From NCBI GenBank assembly GCA_030770535.1, contig JASVEC010000019.1, positions 496,001 to 560,000 on the forward strand: 64,000 nucleotides of DNA, written 5' to 3'. Shown piece by piece: positions 12,327 through 24,635 of the stretch (positions are counted from its first letter, which is position 1; each line of letters opens with the position of its first letter). The translations under genes and the position numbers were made by a program. This stretch comes from Batkoa obscura. Its lineage: Eukaryota. Under the pieces are notes generated by a model that made no database searches, was not told where the DNA came from, and worked only from the letters and a program-made list of their open reading frames with translations.

Positions 12327-13742
12327 TTAGTCATAGACAACTCTATTTACTTTAAGTTCTATTTTAACAGGTAATATAGTACTATGGTTATCAATCTGTT
12401 GAGAATAACTAAAAATATCTATACTGTGATGGTCATATTTATAATTTAAAGGGCTAATAGATTCAATGACAATACTATCGGTTATTGTACTTGGCGGTCT
12501 TCCTTTCTTCTTTCTATACTTATAAAACATCAATAAGACGATTGAAGTTATTATTATAGCTTATATTTAAAAACTAACGGTGTATCCTATTTCTATATTG
12601 CTGTAATCATTATGATTTGCTTGTTTATCATAATTACTATTACTTAATGATGAAGGTAGATAATCAATTTGTTCCCAATTAGACATATTTGTTAGTAATA
12701 TTTTATTTGAGCTTTCTACTGATTTTTTCCTTTCTTTACTAATAAAATATAAACCAAATGAGTTTATTAGATAATCCTTATAAACAGAAAAACACTCACT
12801 GTTATTTATTCTAATTTGTTTTATCTTTTTAAATGAAAACGGACCCAACTTTAACTCATACACGTCACCTAAAAAATTAGCATCTTCACCTTTTTCATAC
12901 CCAATAAAATAAATTGATTGATTATATTTTATGGGCTCAAAATGATCATTGTGTTTGATTTTTATATCATATTCTTTTACATCCTTTGACTTCAAATCTA
13001 ATTCATATAGCTTATCTTGACCACTTTTCTTACGATCTTCCAACCCTAAATCTAAAAAATAATACAGTTTATTATTTAAAATAAATAATTGATGGATGAT
13101 CATATTATGGGGCGGCTCAAATATAGGTTTGATTTCCTTAGTTTCTATATTGAAGTATTTCAATTGTAATGCTTTTGTTACTCTGGTGCTTATATTGAAA
13201 CAATAGCCAGAAACATAAAACAATTTATCCCTATTCTCATCTTGCAAGATAAAATATCTCTAATAACACGCTATATTTCCCTTACTATCTGTAATAGACT
13301 CCAGATACATACTTTCAATACCATCTTCACCATACCATTCATTTTTTTCAATACTAAGAGAGTTAAATAATAGCCATTTTTTAAATCTACTCTGGTAAAT
13401 GCTTCCAATAGTTCTTACTCCATTCTCAGTTGTAGAATAAAAAAGTAAGATTGTGCCTATTCTTGGATGATTAGCTACTTCATTTATTTCCCATTCCATC
13501 GAATTATCGATCCCTTTAAGCCCACTTCTTAGATTTAACGTAAATACATTATGGTTTTGGTCTCCTGCTTCTTTCATATTAGGTGTATATGTATACCCAC
13601 CTAAATAATACACTTTGTCTTGAACTACAATGCATCCTTCGTCTTGTAACCTTGGCAAATATGCAATAACTCTATGAAAAGAAAAAAACAACGAATAGCG
13701 AACTGAACATTAAAAGATAAACTAATAGAGCAAAAAAAACAT
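12327..13742 (-). pseudogene. Kelch/beta-propeller-like single-pass membrane protein pseudogene
   Basis: Three track ORFs (13260-13691, 12567-13247, 12327-12533) share one frame and are separated by in-frame TAG/TAA stops. CIVVQDKVYYLGG motif, TM remnant followed by KYRKKK; the signal region is disrupted at poly-T runs. Confidence 0.8.
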
Positions 13743-15952
13743 TTTAATAATAATTGCTGTAATTAATATTATATAAACGAATTATAAGGTATTGTACACA
13801 AATATTTGATCAGTAAGCTTTATTGATTTTTAAGAATAAAGTAGAATACTATAAAAATAAATCTAATTCGCTTTGCTGTTTATAAGAATTTAGTCTCTTT
13901 ATTAACCTTTGTAACCTTTCTAATAAATAGACAATGGTACTCTATTGAACAGGGTAGTATTCTTTATTAAGTTTTGGATAAAGAATCAATTTTTGTGACA
14001 CAAAAAATTGATACTAAAGTTACTTTATTTTATGAATTATTATTTCTACCTTTTATAACACTATATAAACGCCCTATTAGCAAAATCCCAGTCAAAAAAT
14101 TAAAATTTAATGATCTTGGAGTGGCTATAATTAAATATTTTAATTTATGATTAAAAAAACCTATAGTGTAATCCAATGATATTAAAACTTTAACTCTTAT
14201 TTCATGCTGAAAAAAACTAGTTATAAATTACAGTTAGCAAATGACATCTAGGTATAACTTGTTCTATTAGTCAAATTGAAACTGAACCTATTTTCATTAC
14301 AGCTTTCAACAAAAATTGCCTCAGTTTTTTTCAATTGAAATGTTTTTCCTAAAACGTGGCTATGATCTGCAAAACACAATGGATACTGTAAAGGGCCTCA
14401 GACATAACTTTAATGTCAACGGTAGGGTACAATGGTCAAATAGGTACAATTTTTTTAATAAAGTATAGGTTTATATGAAATAAATTACTAATGAATTTTA
14501 AACTTACATCCTATCTCTAACTTGAGCCTAATCTAACTTTATTAAAAGTTAGTAGTAACTATTTAATTCAACATTTGGTTTTTTCGATTGGAATTAAACT
14601 CTAAAAATGGCCTTTTTTGTTTGAAATGTTTCATACTTAGCTGGTTACTACCTCCAATTCAAATTTTAACTTTTACAGTATTGAAAAAAAAACACGCTTT
14701 ATTCAAGTTATTAATACTTTGTGTTATAAACTTAAATTTGAACAATACTGATTCTACATCTAAATTATCATTAGGCTTGTAATTCAACCCGTGGCTCATT
14801 AATTATATTAAGAAAGTAAACTAATAAACAATACCCATATAACTAACTTGAATAGGACTAAATCGAGTACGTTTTCAAATACAAGTGAAAATTATTCATA
14901 AGGGGCTAAATATATAAGGTATTTTACAATAAAGAAGATTTAAACTTATTTTATTCTATAGCGATCATCTCTGATCTTTATCAGTATGAAACTAGACTTA
15001 ATTAAATAACCTGTTTAATTAATTATTATCTTAGCAATAACTTTTTTTATGATTTATTTATAGATATTTATAAACATCTATTATTGAAACCATGTTGCCG
15101 AGACACCATTAGTAAGTCATTAAATAATTATATATACTCTACGATTTTAGTTTTAAAGATGTAAGCCGTAAGCTTTTTATTGTTTTGTATTGAATACTTT
15201 TTAAATAAAAATCTCAAATATATTATACTAGTTTTTTTGTGGGTAACCCCCTTTTGAATTTATTAGTTTACAAAGAATTTTTTAAATTTAAAATTTTAAG
15301 ATGACTTAATTTTTGTTAAAAAACTTGAGTTTTTTATATTTATTTATTCAATTGATATCAAAATTTTTGTAAGACTAAAATGAAACAAATCTAAATAATA
15401 ATCCTAATAAAAAATTATATTTTATGTCCCTTATAAGCCAAAGCAACATTCTATAACTTTATTTAACTGTTTATATTGTTTTATTCATAACATTGATATG
15501 TAGATGAATAATGAATAAAAGGAAAATTGAGCTAGTTATTATTTACTCTCTATTAGTTAACAAAGTCGGGATAATATTATAAAATCAAATAAACTCTAGA
15601 TTTAAATAATCTATTACAGGGTGTATAAAAGTTAGCTTACTTTTATTTAGATAATTAATAAACACAAACGTAAAAAGTTCATATAAAGGATAGGTAATAA
15701 AAGTTTAATATTATAAAAATAATTCGGTACGGTACTCAGTCAACAACAATGCGTTATAACATACCATGTGTTATCAATATAATTTAAGTTATAAACAAAG
15801 CGATCCATTAAGCTCAATTTGATATGTCCATAGTATGAACTCCTTTTACATTTATAATACAGGTATACAGTGGGATTAAGAAGTATAAATAGTAGTCGCT
15901 TTACTATCCTATAATATTATATTAAATTAGATACAAATTACTTATAAATACA

Positions 15953-16078
15953 ATGCAACTTACTTTTCTTATCGCTTACACCGTTTACACTATGTCTGTA
16001 ATCACTTCAGTCCCTATTAACAACCAACCTGCTGCTGATCAAACCTATGGCTTTAAAACTCGCGGTCATTGGCCCTAG
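15953..16078 (+). CDS. HWP-family secreted peptide precursor 1: MQLTFLIAYTVYTMSVITSVPINNQPAADQTYGFKTRGHWP
   Basis: 41-aa ORF, TATAAATA about 65-70 bp upstream, AATAAA downstream; length and frame conserved among paralogs. Confidence 0.88.
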   Translation: MQLTFLIAYTVYTMSVITSVPINNQPAADQTYGFKTRGHWP

Positions 16079-17050
16079 ACACTGCACTCAACTTTAGATG
16101 ACTATCAAGAAGTTGTTTTTTACCAAATAAACATAGCTATATATGAATATATGTATTTAAAAAATTTAAATTTTATTTGACTCTTGATTTAGCCTCAAGG
16201 GCTTAGAAACAAAATATGGGAGTGTTTTTTTGACTTCATTATTTTTTCCATTTTTTAAGTGCTATTTAAGCGGAAAAATTGTTAGTAAAATTGTTAGACA
16301 CAAAAATACATCCCCATATGCTTATATTAATAATTTAGCAAGCCAGTAATTTTTTTGAAAGGGTGAAGTCTCAAGTGCTTAATTTATTAAGATAAAGAAT
16401 TGTATAAAGCGCTGTCACTACATATAAGCTTTAGTGAGGGAGTTATTATAAAGGGTGAGAACTTCTCCCAGTATGCTTCTACTTTTTTGGAACTTGATCA
16501 GGCAAAGATATCCCGCTTAACCTCAAGTCTTTGAATATTTTTCCAATCAGATAAGAGATACAATGGATACCAGAAGTGCCTAGTCTTCGTTTTCAACAGA
16601 AAGGCTATAAAACTCTTGACATTTACCAAAGACCAAGAGAAAAAAGGTAGATTTTGACATAGAGTGTATGAGACTAATATCAAAGATATGAGGAGATGGA
16701 AAATAAAAAATACATGAGGATGCTTTTTTTTGACTTTATCACTTTTTTTACCTTTCAAGCGCTATTTGAGTGGAAAAATTATTAGTAAAATTCTTAAACA
16801 CAAAAATACATTCTCATGTATATAATAAGCTTAATAGATTGATACTTAATAAAGGCAAAATTCTAATTAAACAATTTTATTTGAAATTATAGATAGATTC
16901 TTAGTATACCATATGGGGGGTGTTTTTTTGATTTCATTATTTTTTTCATCTTTTAAACGCTATTTGAACAGAAAGATTGTTAGTAAATTCCTAGACAAAA
17001 AAATACATCCCCATATTTTGTACCCAAAGAAACAAGGCTATAAAAATAGC

Positions 17051-17123
17051 TGGAGTAGCAGGGTTTCGATCCCCGTGCCCCTCGCATGCAAAGCGAGTAC
17101 TCTACCGATTGAGCTACTACCCC
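17051..17123 (-). tRNA. tRNA-Ala(TGC)
   Basis: Reverse complement GGGGTAGTAGCTCAATCGGTAGAG...CTCGC-TTTGCAT-GCGAG...CTACTCCA folds as a cloverleaf. Confidence 0.93.
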
Positions 17124-18077
17124 TAAGATACATCATTGTAGCTAATAATAGGTACATATTATTCTTTGACAGACTTTAAGGGGTCTCTTCTAAAATTAAT
17201 CAATTACAGCTTCATTTAGATAACAATTTTAGAATTATTGTAAGGGTCATTTAATTGTTTAGCATGTAATTATGTTGTAAATTTGAATCATTTAATTATA
17301 TGATAAATTTCCAAAGGTACTTGCTTAATTTTTAACTTCAAAGTTAGAAATAAGAAATGTTACTAATAAATCATTTTTTAAATAAATGCTTAAATTTTAG
17401 TTTATTATCATTTAAAATTTTACTACTAATCTTCTTAAATAGTATTTAAAGGATAAGAAAAGTAATAGAATAAAAAAACATCCTTATATTAAAATTAGTA
17501 AAATTAAAAAAAGCTTTATAATTTACAATAAAATTCAAAATCTTATTAAAGTTTTTGTTAGAATCAAACTAATATATAGGGATGTATTTTTATGTTCAAG
17601 AATTTTATTAACAATTTTTCCACTCAAATAGCGCTTAAAAGGATGAAAAAAGTGATGAAGTCAAAAAATACCTCTATATAATAATAGCTATTATTTAATA
17701 AATGTGAAATCTGGTTACCCAGTAGTTGAAATCAAAAATAGTCATTGCTTAATTGGCTAGCTATAAGCCGAAAGGTCTTAGTTTATGTGACTAAGATACC
17801 GGGATGTGTTTTTTTATTTAACAATTTTACTAACAATTTTTCCGCTCGGATAGCGCTTGAAACATGGAAAAAGTAACAAAACAAAAAAAACCATCCTCAT
17901 ATACTACTCGAATTATGAAAAGTAGCATGTAATATGTTACAGACTATGCAAGACAGATAGAATAGACAATACTACTGTAAAATCTACATAAAACATTATT
18001 AGGGGAATTTACTGGCTTTATTAAAGGTACAAGATATGAGGGAATAATCCAGTTAAAAAAGTTCTGAATTAGTATAT

Positions 18078-18175
18078 GGGGATGTATTTTTGTATTTAAG
18101 AATTTTACTGACAGTTTTTCCACATAGATAGCGCTTAAAAAATGGAAAAATAATGAAACTAAAAAAAACAGCCCC
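18078..18175 (+). mobile_element. ~99-bp MITE copy
   Basis: ATAT-GGGGATG...GCCCC-ATAT; absent from the paralogous sequence near 5770. Confidence 0.88.
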
Positions 18176-18742
18176 ATATTCTGAAATTTCTTCTATACTC
18201 CGATAAATATAGATATCAAAATGAAAGGATGGTATTTTTTAGGATAAAGTTAGAAATTCTAATAGTAAATCAAAATAAGAACATGGGATTGATTGTGTCT
18301 GAACTCGAGGACATAGCGACTTAAGTGATTATTATGTCATAATCAATCATAGAGCTGACAAAACGATATCGCAATTTTGCGTTGATACTCAAAAAACATA
18401 TTTAATGAAACTATCAAAAAATTAAACAATAAAAGTCGTATAATAGTTTTAAATTTTAAACAGAATATGGAAATAGGAACAAGACCGAACACAATATATT
18501 CAGATCATTATAAGAAACAAGCTATGTTAGTATTATGGTTTGATGTTTCGTATTTAAAAGATGTTAAAATAACAATGAAAGTTTATTTTGGCTATTTATC
18601 TGAAACATTAAATCATGATTCCGGTATACGTAGAATGTTTAATTGATTTGATTTCCACAAAGCTTTTATTTAAAGTTTACAAAATTAATATATGGGCAGA
18701 TACAGGAAATCATTTTAAATCTCAAGAGTTCCTACATTATAT

Positions 18743-18840
18743 GGGAATGTTTTTTTGGCTTCGTTACTTTTTTCATCTTTTAAACACTATTTGAGCAGAA
18801 AAATTGTTAATAAAATTCTTGAACATAAAAATACATCCCT
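18743..18840 (-). mobile_element. ~99-bp MITE copy inserted in the transposase frame
   Basis: Flanked by ATAT/ATAT. Removing the element and one ATAT restores CAT TAT ATA TTT AAA CAA (HYIFKQ) in frame. Confidence 0.88.
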
Positions 18841-19803
18841 ATATATTTAAACAAATTCCTAAAATAAATAGCAGTTTAAATATTGATCTTAATTTCTTTA
18901 CTGAGCATCATGTAAAAAGTATAGTTGATAGACATTTTGGAAATCTTTCACAATGGAAAAGTGGTTTTAAAGCATTAGATAAAATAGAAGATATTAATCA
19001 ATTAATTTCAAGATTTGAGACTTTTATTTGCGAACATAATAGGATTAATAACTTGACTGTTAATAATGGGAAAACAGATATAATTTTTTAAAAATATAAA
19101 AGAAACAAAAATACAAAAAGAACAATAGAAATGCAAGGTATTAAGAAGCATCTACACTTTATTAAACATAACAATAAGCTACACTGTTATTCAGTATCTG
19201 ATACATCAAAAAAAAGCGATATAGTTCCAATTAAAGTTATAGAGTCTATAGAAAATAGAAAAATTAAAAGATCAATCTCAGCTTATCTTACTAAAATAAC
19301 AGAGAATTAAATTTCGATGTTTACTAAGTAGTTTGTTAAATGATAGAAATCAATTGTTAAATGTTAATATTACTTAAGTTAATAAATAGTCAAAGAGCGA
19401 GTAGTTGTAGTAATAAAAACTATTATTATATTACTTGTACTATAAATCGATGGTTAATTATAGCTTTGGGGCCAACCACTCCCTTCCATGCAGTTATTTA
19501 TTAACTTAGTAATATACCAATGATGCATTTATAGCATTAAAGTAGTTTATTGAGAAATATTTATTATTGACTACTTTATAACCAACATTGCAGATTCGCT
19601 ATCAAATAGATAAAGCTTTATAAGAATACATTAACTAAAGTTATTACTTTAGCTGTATAGGTTTTTCTTAATTATGTCACTGGAGTGTTGTCTTTTTATA
19701 AAATATTTTTATCTCAGGAAAAAGCAATAAAATTAAAAACGGTCTCTATTTGTTTCTAAAATTCAAAGTCAGATTTATAGCAAAAGGGTTAAATCAAAAA
19801 ATA

Positions 19804-19875
19804 GGGCTCAGCTGGGAATTGAACCCAGGGCCTCTCGCACCCAAAGCGAGAATCATACCACTAGACCACTAAGCC
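19804..19875 (-). tRNA. tRNA-Pro(TGG)
   Basis: Reverse complement GGCTTAGTGGTCTAGTGGTATGATTCTCGC-TTTGGGT-GCGAGAGGCCCTGGGTTCAATTCCCAGCTGAGCCC. Confidence 0.95.
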
Positions 19876-22615
19876 TTATAAGTTAGGTTTTTAAAAATAT
19901 ATATACCATTTTGAGGGCTTAAAAATAATTCGATATTTAACATTGGGGATGTACCTTGTTTAAGAATTTTTCTACAATCTTTCCGCTTAAATAGCGCTTA
20001 AAAATGGAAAAAGTAATGGAATAAAAAAAACATCCTCTTTAGTATTAAACTAATTTATTCAATACATTTTACTATACTTATATCAATAGTGATAATTTTT
20101 TGAAAGGTAAAAAAACCAATGCATTTTTATTTCATGTATTTTCTAAAGTTTCGGATCTCAGGTTCCGTGAATGAACAAATTTAGTTAAATTAATAGCATA
20201 TCTTCCTTATATACTAGTGATCAGTAGATAAACTTGTATAAAGACATAATGACTATCAATGATATAAAAAATTATAAGGTTATATTATAAACATACTTCT
20301 AAATAAATAGAACAAATTTCATGAAACTCTAGAATATGTTACCTTAAACAAGCATTTACTATATATAAGATGAATTGATATTTTTTGTATAAAGTTTTGA
20401 AGGTTTCAAACTACGGTAAAGCTGAAGGAAATGGGCTTTATAATTAGAACAAAGACTCTTATTGTATTATATCTATTTTGGAATATGAAAAGCGATTTCA
20501 TATTTAATCATTTTTATTGGTATTTTATTTTTGAAACCTCAATGATTGTAAGGTACAAATTGGGGTATCATTTATAAAAATCAATTTTTTTTTACATATA
20601 GGAATCAAGCAAATTTAAAGATAACTGGCAGAAAAAGACTCTGATATATAAACCAGTATATATATATTGATGCTTGTAACTTAGTTTCAACCAAGTATAT
20701 AAGTCCCTAAGATTTAATGTCTTCAAACTATCTTAATTGTACATCCATAAAACTAGCATTTGTAAGTGTTTTAATTTGAGCTTATTTACGAAGTTATCTT
20801 GAATGGCATTTAAGAGCCAAAAAATAATTACTGGTTAATATAATTATTATCAATCCGAAATTAAGGATTAAGGATTGTTAGAAACTTTATGAACAAGACA
20901 AGTAAGAAATAACTTTATAAAACAGTTAGTAATTTTTGTAGTAAGGTTTTGTAGTATTTTTTTAATGAAAAAATAAAAGAATATTTTTCTTTTGATATCT
21001 TGAAAGAACTGGAGGTTCCCAATCATCTGTTTTATAAGTACAAGGTTTATCAAAAAGGGAAATAGAGAAAAGGTGAGTTAAAGATGAGTTAAGCATGAAA
21101 GTACTGTGGACACAAGTGAGATATGAATCAGGCAATTAATCGAAGGTAGCATAATTTAAGGGTTACTGGTCTTAACCAGATCAAAATGTATTTTAGTTGA
21201 TTTTTATCTGACTTTATATATTGGATCCAAGTGTGAAGTGATATAGGAGCGTTATTAGCTTTTTTTTAATATCTGTTAGTTGCTTATCTTTATATTGTAT
21301 AATAAATGAAACAGATCATAACGGCAGAACACACATCCATATGCTTTTTTGAATAAAAACTATACAAATTTTGTTTTCAGTTTTAAATATGAGATTAATT
21401 GTAAACTATTTTATTAATGAAATACTATTAAAATCTCATGATAATAATAAAAATAAGTCTTTTTAATGTTTAGTAATTTTAGTAATTTGATTTTATACTA
21501 TTGCTTCTACATGTCGTTTTTTTAATATATTAAAATTAATTTATTTGTTCGAATTTTTATATAGAACATACATCAGCTTAGTAACATAAAATATTCTTTA
21601 GCTCTTTTTTGTAAGATAAAACTAAATGTAATAGCATAATACTAGTTTTGATGCATTTAATTAAGATTGTGTAGGCTATTTATAATATCTACAAAACATG
21701 TGTTATTTAATAATTAATAAGATGCCACTATATTAATTCTATAACTATTCCACACTGTTAATTAATATACAGCAAATTGGAAATATTAGCAGGCGCTTAT
21801 TTATTAAAGTCTATAAGCATTTGTTTACTAAATAGACAAAATATAGGGGTGTTTTTTAGCTTCATCACCTTTTCTATCTTTTAACTGCTACTTGAGTGGA
21901 AAAATTGTTAGTGAAACTCTTAAACACAAAATTACATCCTCATATGTTTGATACAAATAAAAAGCTTAAATTAATACCACTCTCTTGGATTAAGTCTTAC
22001 TTTGATCATGAGGTATATCACAGAATTCAATTTCTAATTGTAGGTAGGAATGTAACATCCTATTATTATAGTGGTCCTGATTTACTTTTTAAAGTTTATA
22101 GTATCTATAAAGCTCAAAGTGGATTTGGCGATAATTTATATTCCAACATACATTAAAATCAGTTTTTTCTTTCAATTATTATAATTATTAGGATGATAAA
22201 TTTATATAATATCCAAATTATGGATAAATTTTAGTCGAAAACGCAATTGTTCATTAATATCACATTATATAAGTGATTTGTTTGTATAGTCAACGCTATA
22301 AAATATATAAAAATCGGAATTACATGGTTCTAGAATGGAATATACGGAAAAACAGTTCTATTTTTGATAATAGTTTAATTAAATTGGACTAAAGATTTAT
22401 AAATAGGTAGATGAATTTATTACACATGGACTCAATAAGCTCCATTTTAACCAGTATAAAAAACAAAGACATTAATATTCTTGCATTAAACCTGTTTATG
22501 CTATATTGTAACATCTACAGTCCTAGTCTGGAACAAATATATAAACCCAAAAGGTCAAATGGTTTTTGAGTTATTTTGAAAACAAACTTTTTCATTTAAA
22601 AATAATAATTAAAAG

Positions 22616-22753
22616 ATGAACTTCAATTTAATCTTCGCATTTGCCCTATCTGTTTTATCAATTAATTCTTATCTTGTTGCTCATGATAATCCCGTTATTC
22701 CAAAAACTACAGTTGTTGGTAACGACGAAGGTCCTCCTGGACATTGGCCTTAA
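22616..22753 (+). CDS. Divergent HWP-family precursor 2: MNFNLIFAFALSVLSINSYLVAHDNPVIPKTTVVGNDEGPPGHWP
   Basis: 45-aa ORF with A-rich start context, TATATAAA about 75 bp upstream and a hydrophobic signal; ends GHWP-stop. The track ORF 22641-22832 is a different frame. Confidence 0.82.
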   Translation: MNFNLIFAFALSVLSINSYLVAHDNPVIPKTTVVGNDEGPPGHWP

Positions 22754-24110
22754 ATTTACCCATATGCATATTTATTTATATGTATGTATAATCCATTTAC
22801 CTTATTCCATAACCGGTTGGCTTATATATTAGTAAAAACGAATATAGTATAACTTTGATTATTTTAAAACTTTATTTTTTAGCTACATATACTTTAGATA
22901 CTCTTGAATATTTAAGTTCAGATTATACCAAAATAAAATTAATAAATGTAGCAAATTTTTCCTCGGCTTAAAGCATTTCCTTTCAATCATTGGAAAAAAA
23001 CAATGTAATATATGAGCAGTAGGATTTGACTTTAATCACTATTAATGACACTGATTCACTAGTGAAGTTAAGAATAAAAAGTAACATCAAAGGATTTAGT
23101 TCTTGATTCATAAACATCAAATAGTTAATAAAAAGTTTCTTTTGGCATTAATCATTCATTGATTTAGTACTATTTGGTAAATTTTTTACCTTTGAGTTAA
23201 ATACATCTTTGTCTATATTAACTTTATGAAATGAACTAATTAATCAACATAATCTAATAGAATTTTATTTTTATGATGAAGTGATCTGCCGTTAACCAAA
23301 CTCAGTACAAAATCGATACATCCATTCAAGGTTTAAATTTCTGGACCACAATTTTTAATGGGTTTTAAAGCTATAAAATCTTGATCTGCTATATATGTTT
23401 GATTTGTAAATTACCTTTTAAGTGGAAACTTCTAAAGTATTTATTTTATATTAATTTTTGTTTTCTACCTTGGGTTTGAAGAGCTGATCATATATCTGTT
23501 AAACTATTAATAAAAGTGGGGCTTGAAATACTGTCCCAAGTAAAATACCTCAACTTGATAAGGTTTTATTCCCCCTAAAGGGCAAAGTAGGATACATATA
23601 TATTTGATATTTCCAGTTCAATAATCAACTGGAGTAATCAGTGCAATCACTTCATAAAGACAGTTGGATACTTTTACGTTTCCATAGAGCAAGATTTGAA
23701 GGATACTTTTTCTCTGAAGCAAGTCATTTTGTTCTAGTATTACTAATACTGTTATGGAAGATTATTAATAAAATTGTCGAAATCATTGATAGTTAGAACA
23801 ATGAAATTAGTTATATTATAAAGAAATTGGGTCTACTTCCAATTCTTTATAAATTTGAGGTGGCAATAACATTTAGTAACTCATTATCTCAATAAGCTAC
23901 TTTTATTTATAATGAATATCCAGTTTACAAAACTAGTTATCCATAAAATGCTTTTGTTGCTAAAACACATTAATATCTGAACTATGATTCTAATTTAAAA
24001 TTAGATTAAATCAATGCTTAATTTCCTTAGGTCCATTCTTATATAATCTAAATAACGGGTTTATACTGGTCTCATTGATGTTTTTGTTTTTGACATTTAA
24101 TGAAGAATAT

Positions 24111-24209
24111 GGGAGTGTTTTTTTTGACTTCATTATTTTTTCCATTTTTTAAGCGCTATTTAAGCAGAAAATGTGTTAGTAAAATTCTTAGACACAAAAA
24201 TACATCCCC
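24111..24209 (-). mobile_element. ~99-bp MITE copy
   Basis: ATAT-GGGAGTG...CATCCCC-ATAT; nearly identical to the copy at 16218-16315. Confidence 0.88.
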
Positions 24210-24635
24210 ATATAATTAACTTGAAACAATATGTAAGATTTAAATAGAAAATTTGTTTTATAAAATAAGCAAAATAAATAAATTAGTATAAATATTCAAT
24301 ATTTATTAATAAACTTAGATGAAAAAGAAATGTACAGAGATGTCTTTTTTTGGTTTTATCACTTTTTTCATTTTTTTAAAGGTTGTTTGAACACAAAGAT
24401 TATTAGTAAAATTGTTACAAAAAAGTACATCCTTGTATATTATTTAAAATGAGGTTGTGATGTTATAATCATGCTTTACAATGCAACTTGGAGTCAAAAT
24501 AATGATATTGAGATATTTGAATTTTCAATTCTCCTTTACTTTAACTAAATGTTGTGGAAAATTTTATCATTTAAACCTAAATAACAATAACAATAGTAAT
24601 TTAAAGACCAGCTTTTAAATTATTATTGACATTAA

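Larger units (their letters stand above)
17703..19310 (+). mobile_element. Decayed DDE/DDD transposase remnant, Sola-like, interrupted by three MITEs
   Basis: Stitched translation: IIVLNFKQNMEIG...YFGYLSETLNHDS...INIWADTGNHFKSQEFLHY[MITE]IFKQ...LNFFTEHHVKSIVDRHFGNLSQW. This resembles the DFxEN / SDG..xFK / FF...HGK..D motif series of Sola2-type transposases. Boundaries approximate. Confidence 0.65.

Noticed and set aside
12327..13742. In-frame TAA/TAG as stop-codon reassignment
   Set aside because: Intact genes here end in TAA, TAG or TGA at conserved positions, and the same pseudogenes also carry frameshifts.
15953..16078. HWP precursors as known fungal pheromones or RiPPs (a-factor, alpha-factor/KEP, MSDIN, dikaritin)
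   Set aside because: No CAAX box, no repeated cores flanked by KR, no MSDIN leader, and no DUF3328, prolyl oligopeptidase or methyltransferase gene in the window.
16218..18840. Clustered ~100-bp repeats as a CRISPR array, or as SINEs
   Set aside because: Irregular spacing, both orientations, terminal inverted repeats with TSDs, no cas genes, no tRNA A/B boxes or poly-A tail.
22641..22832. 63-aa track ORF
   Set aside because: TTG start in a different frame overlapping the better supported GHWP precursor.
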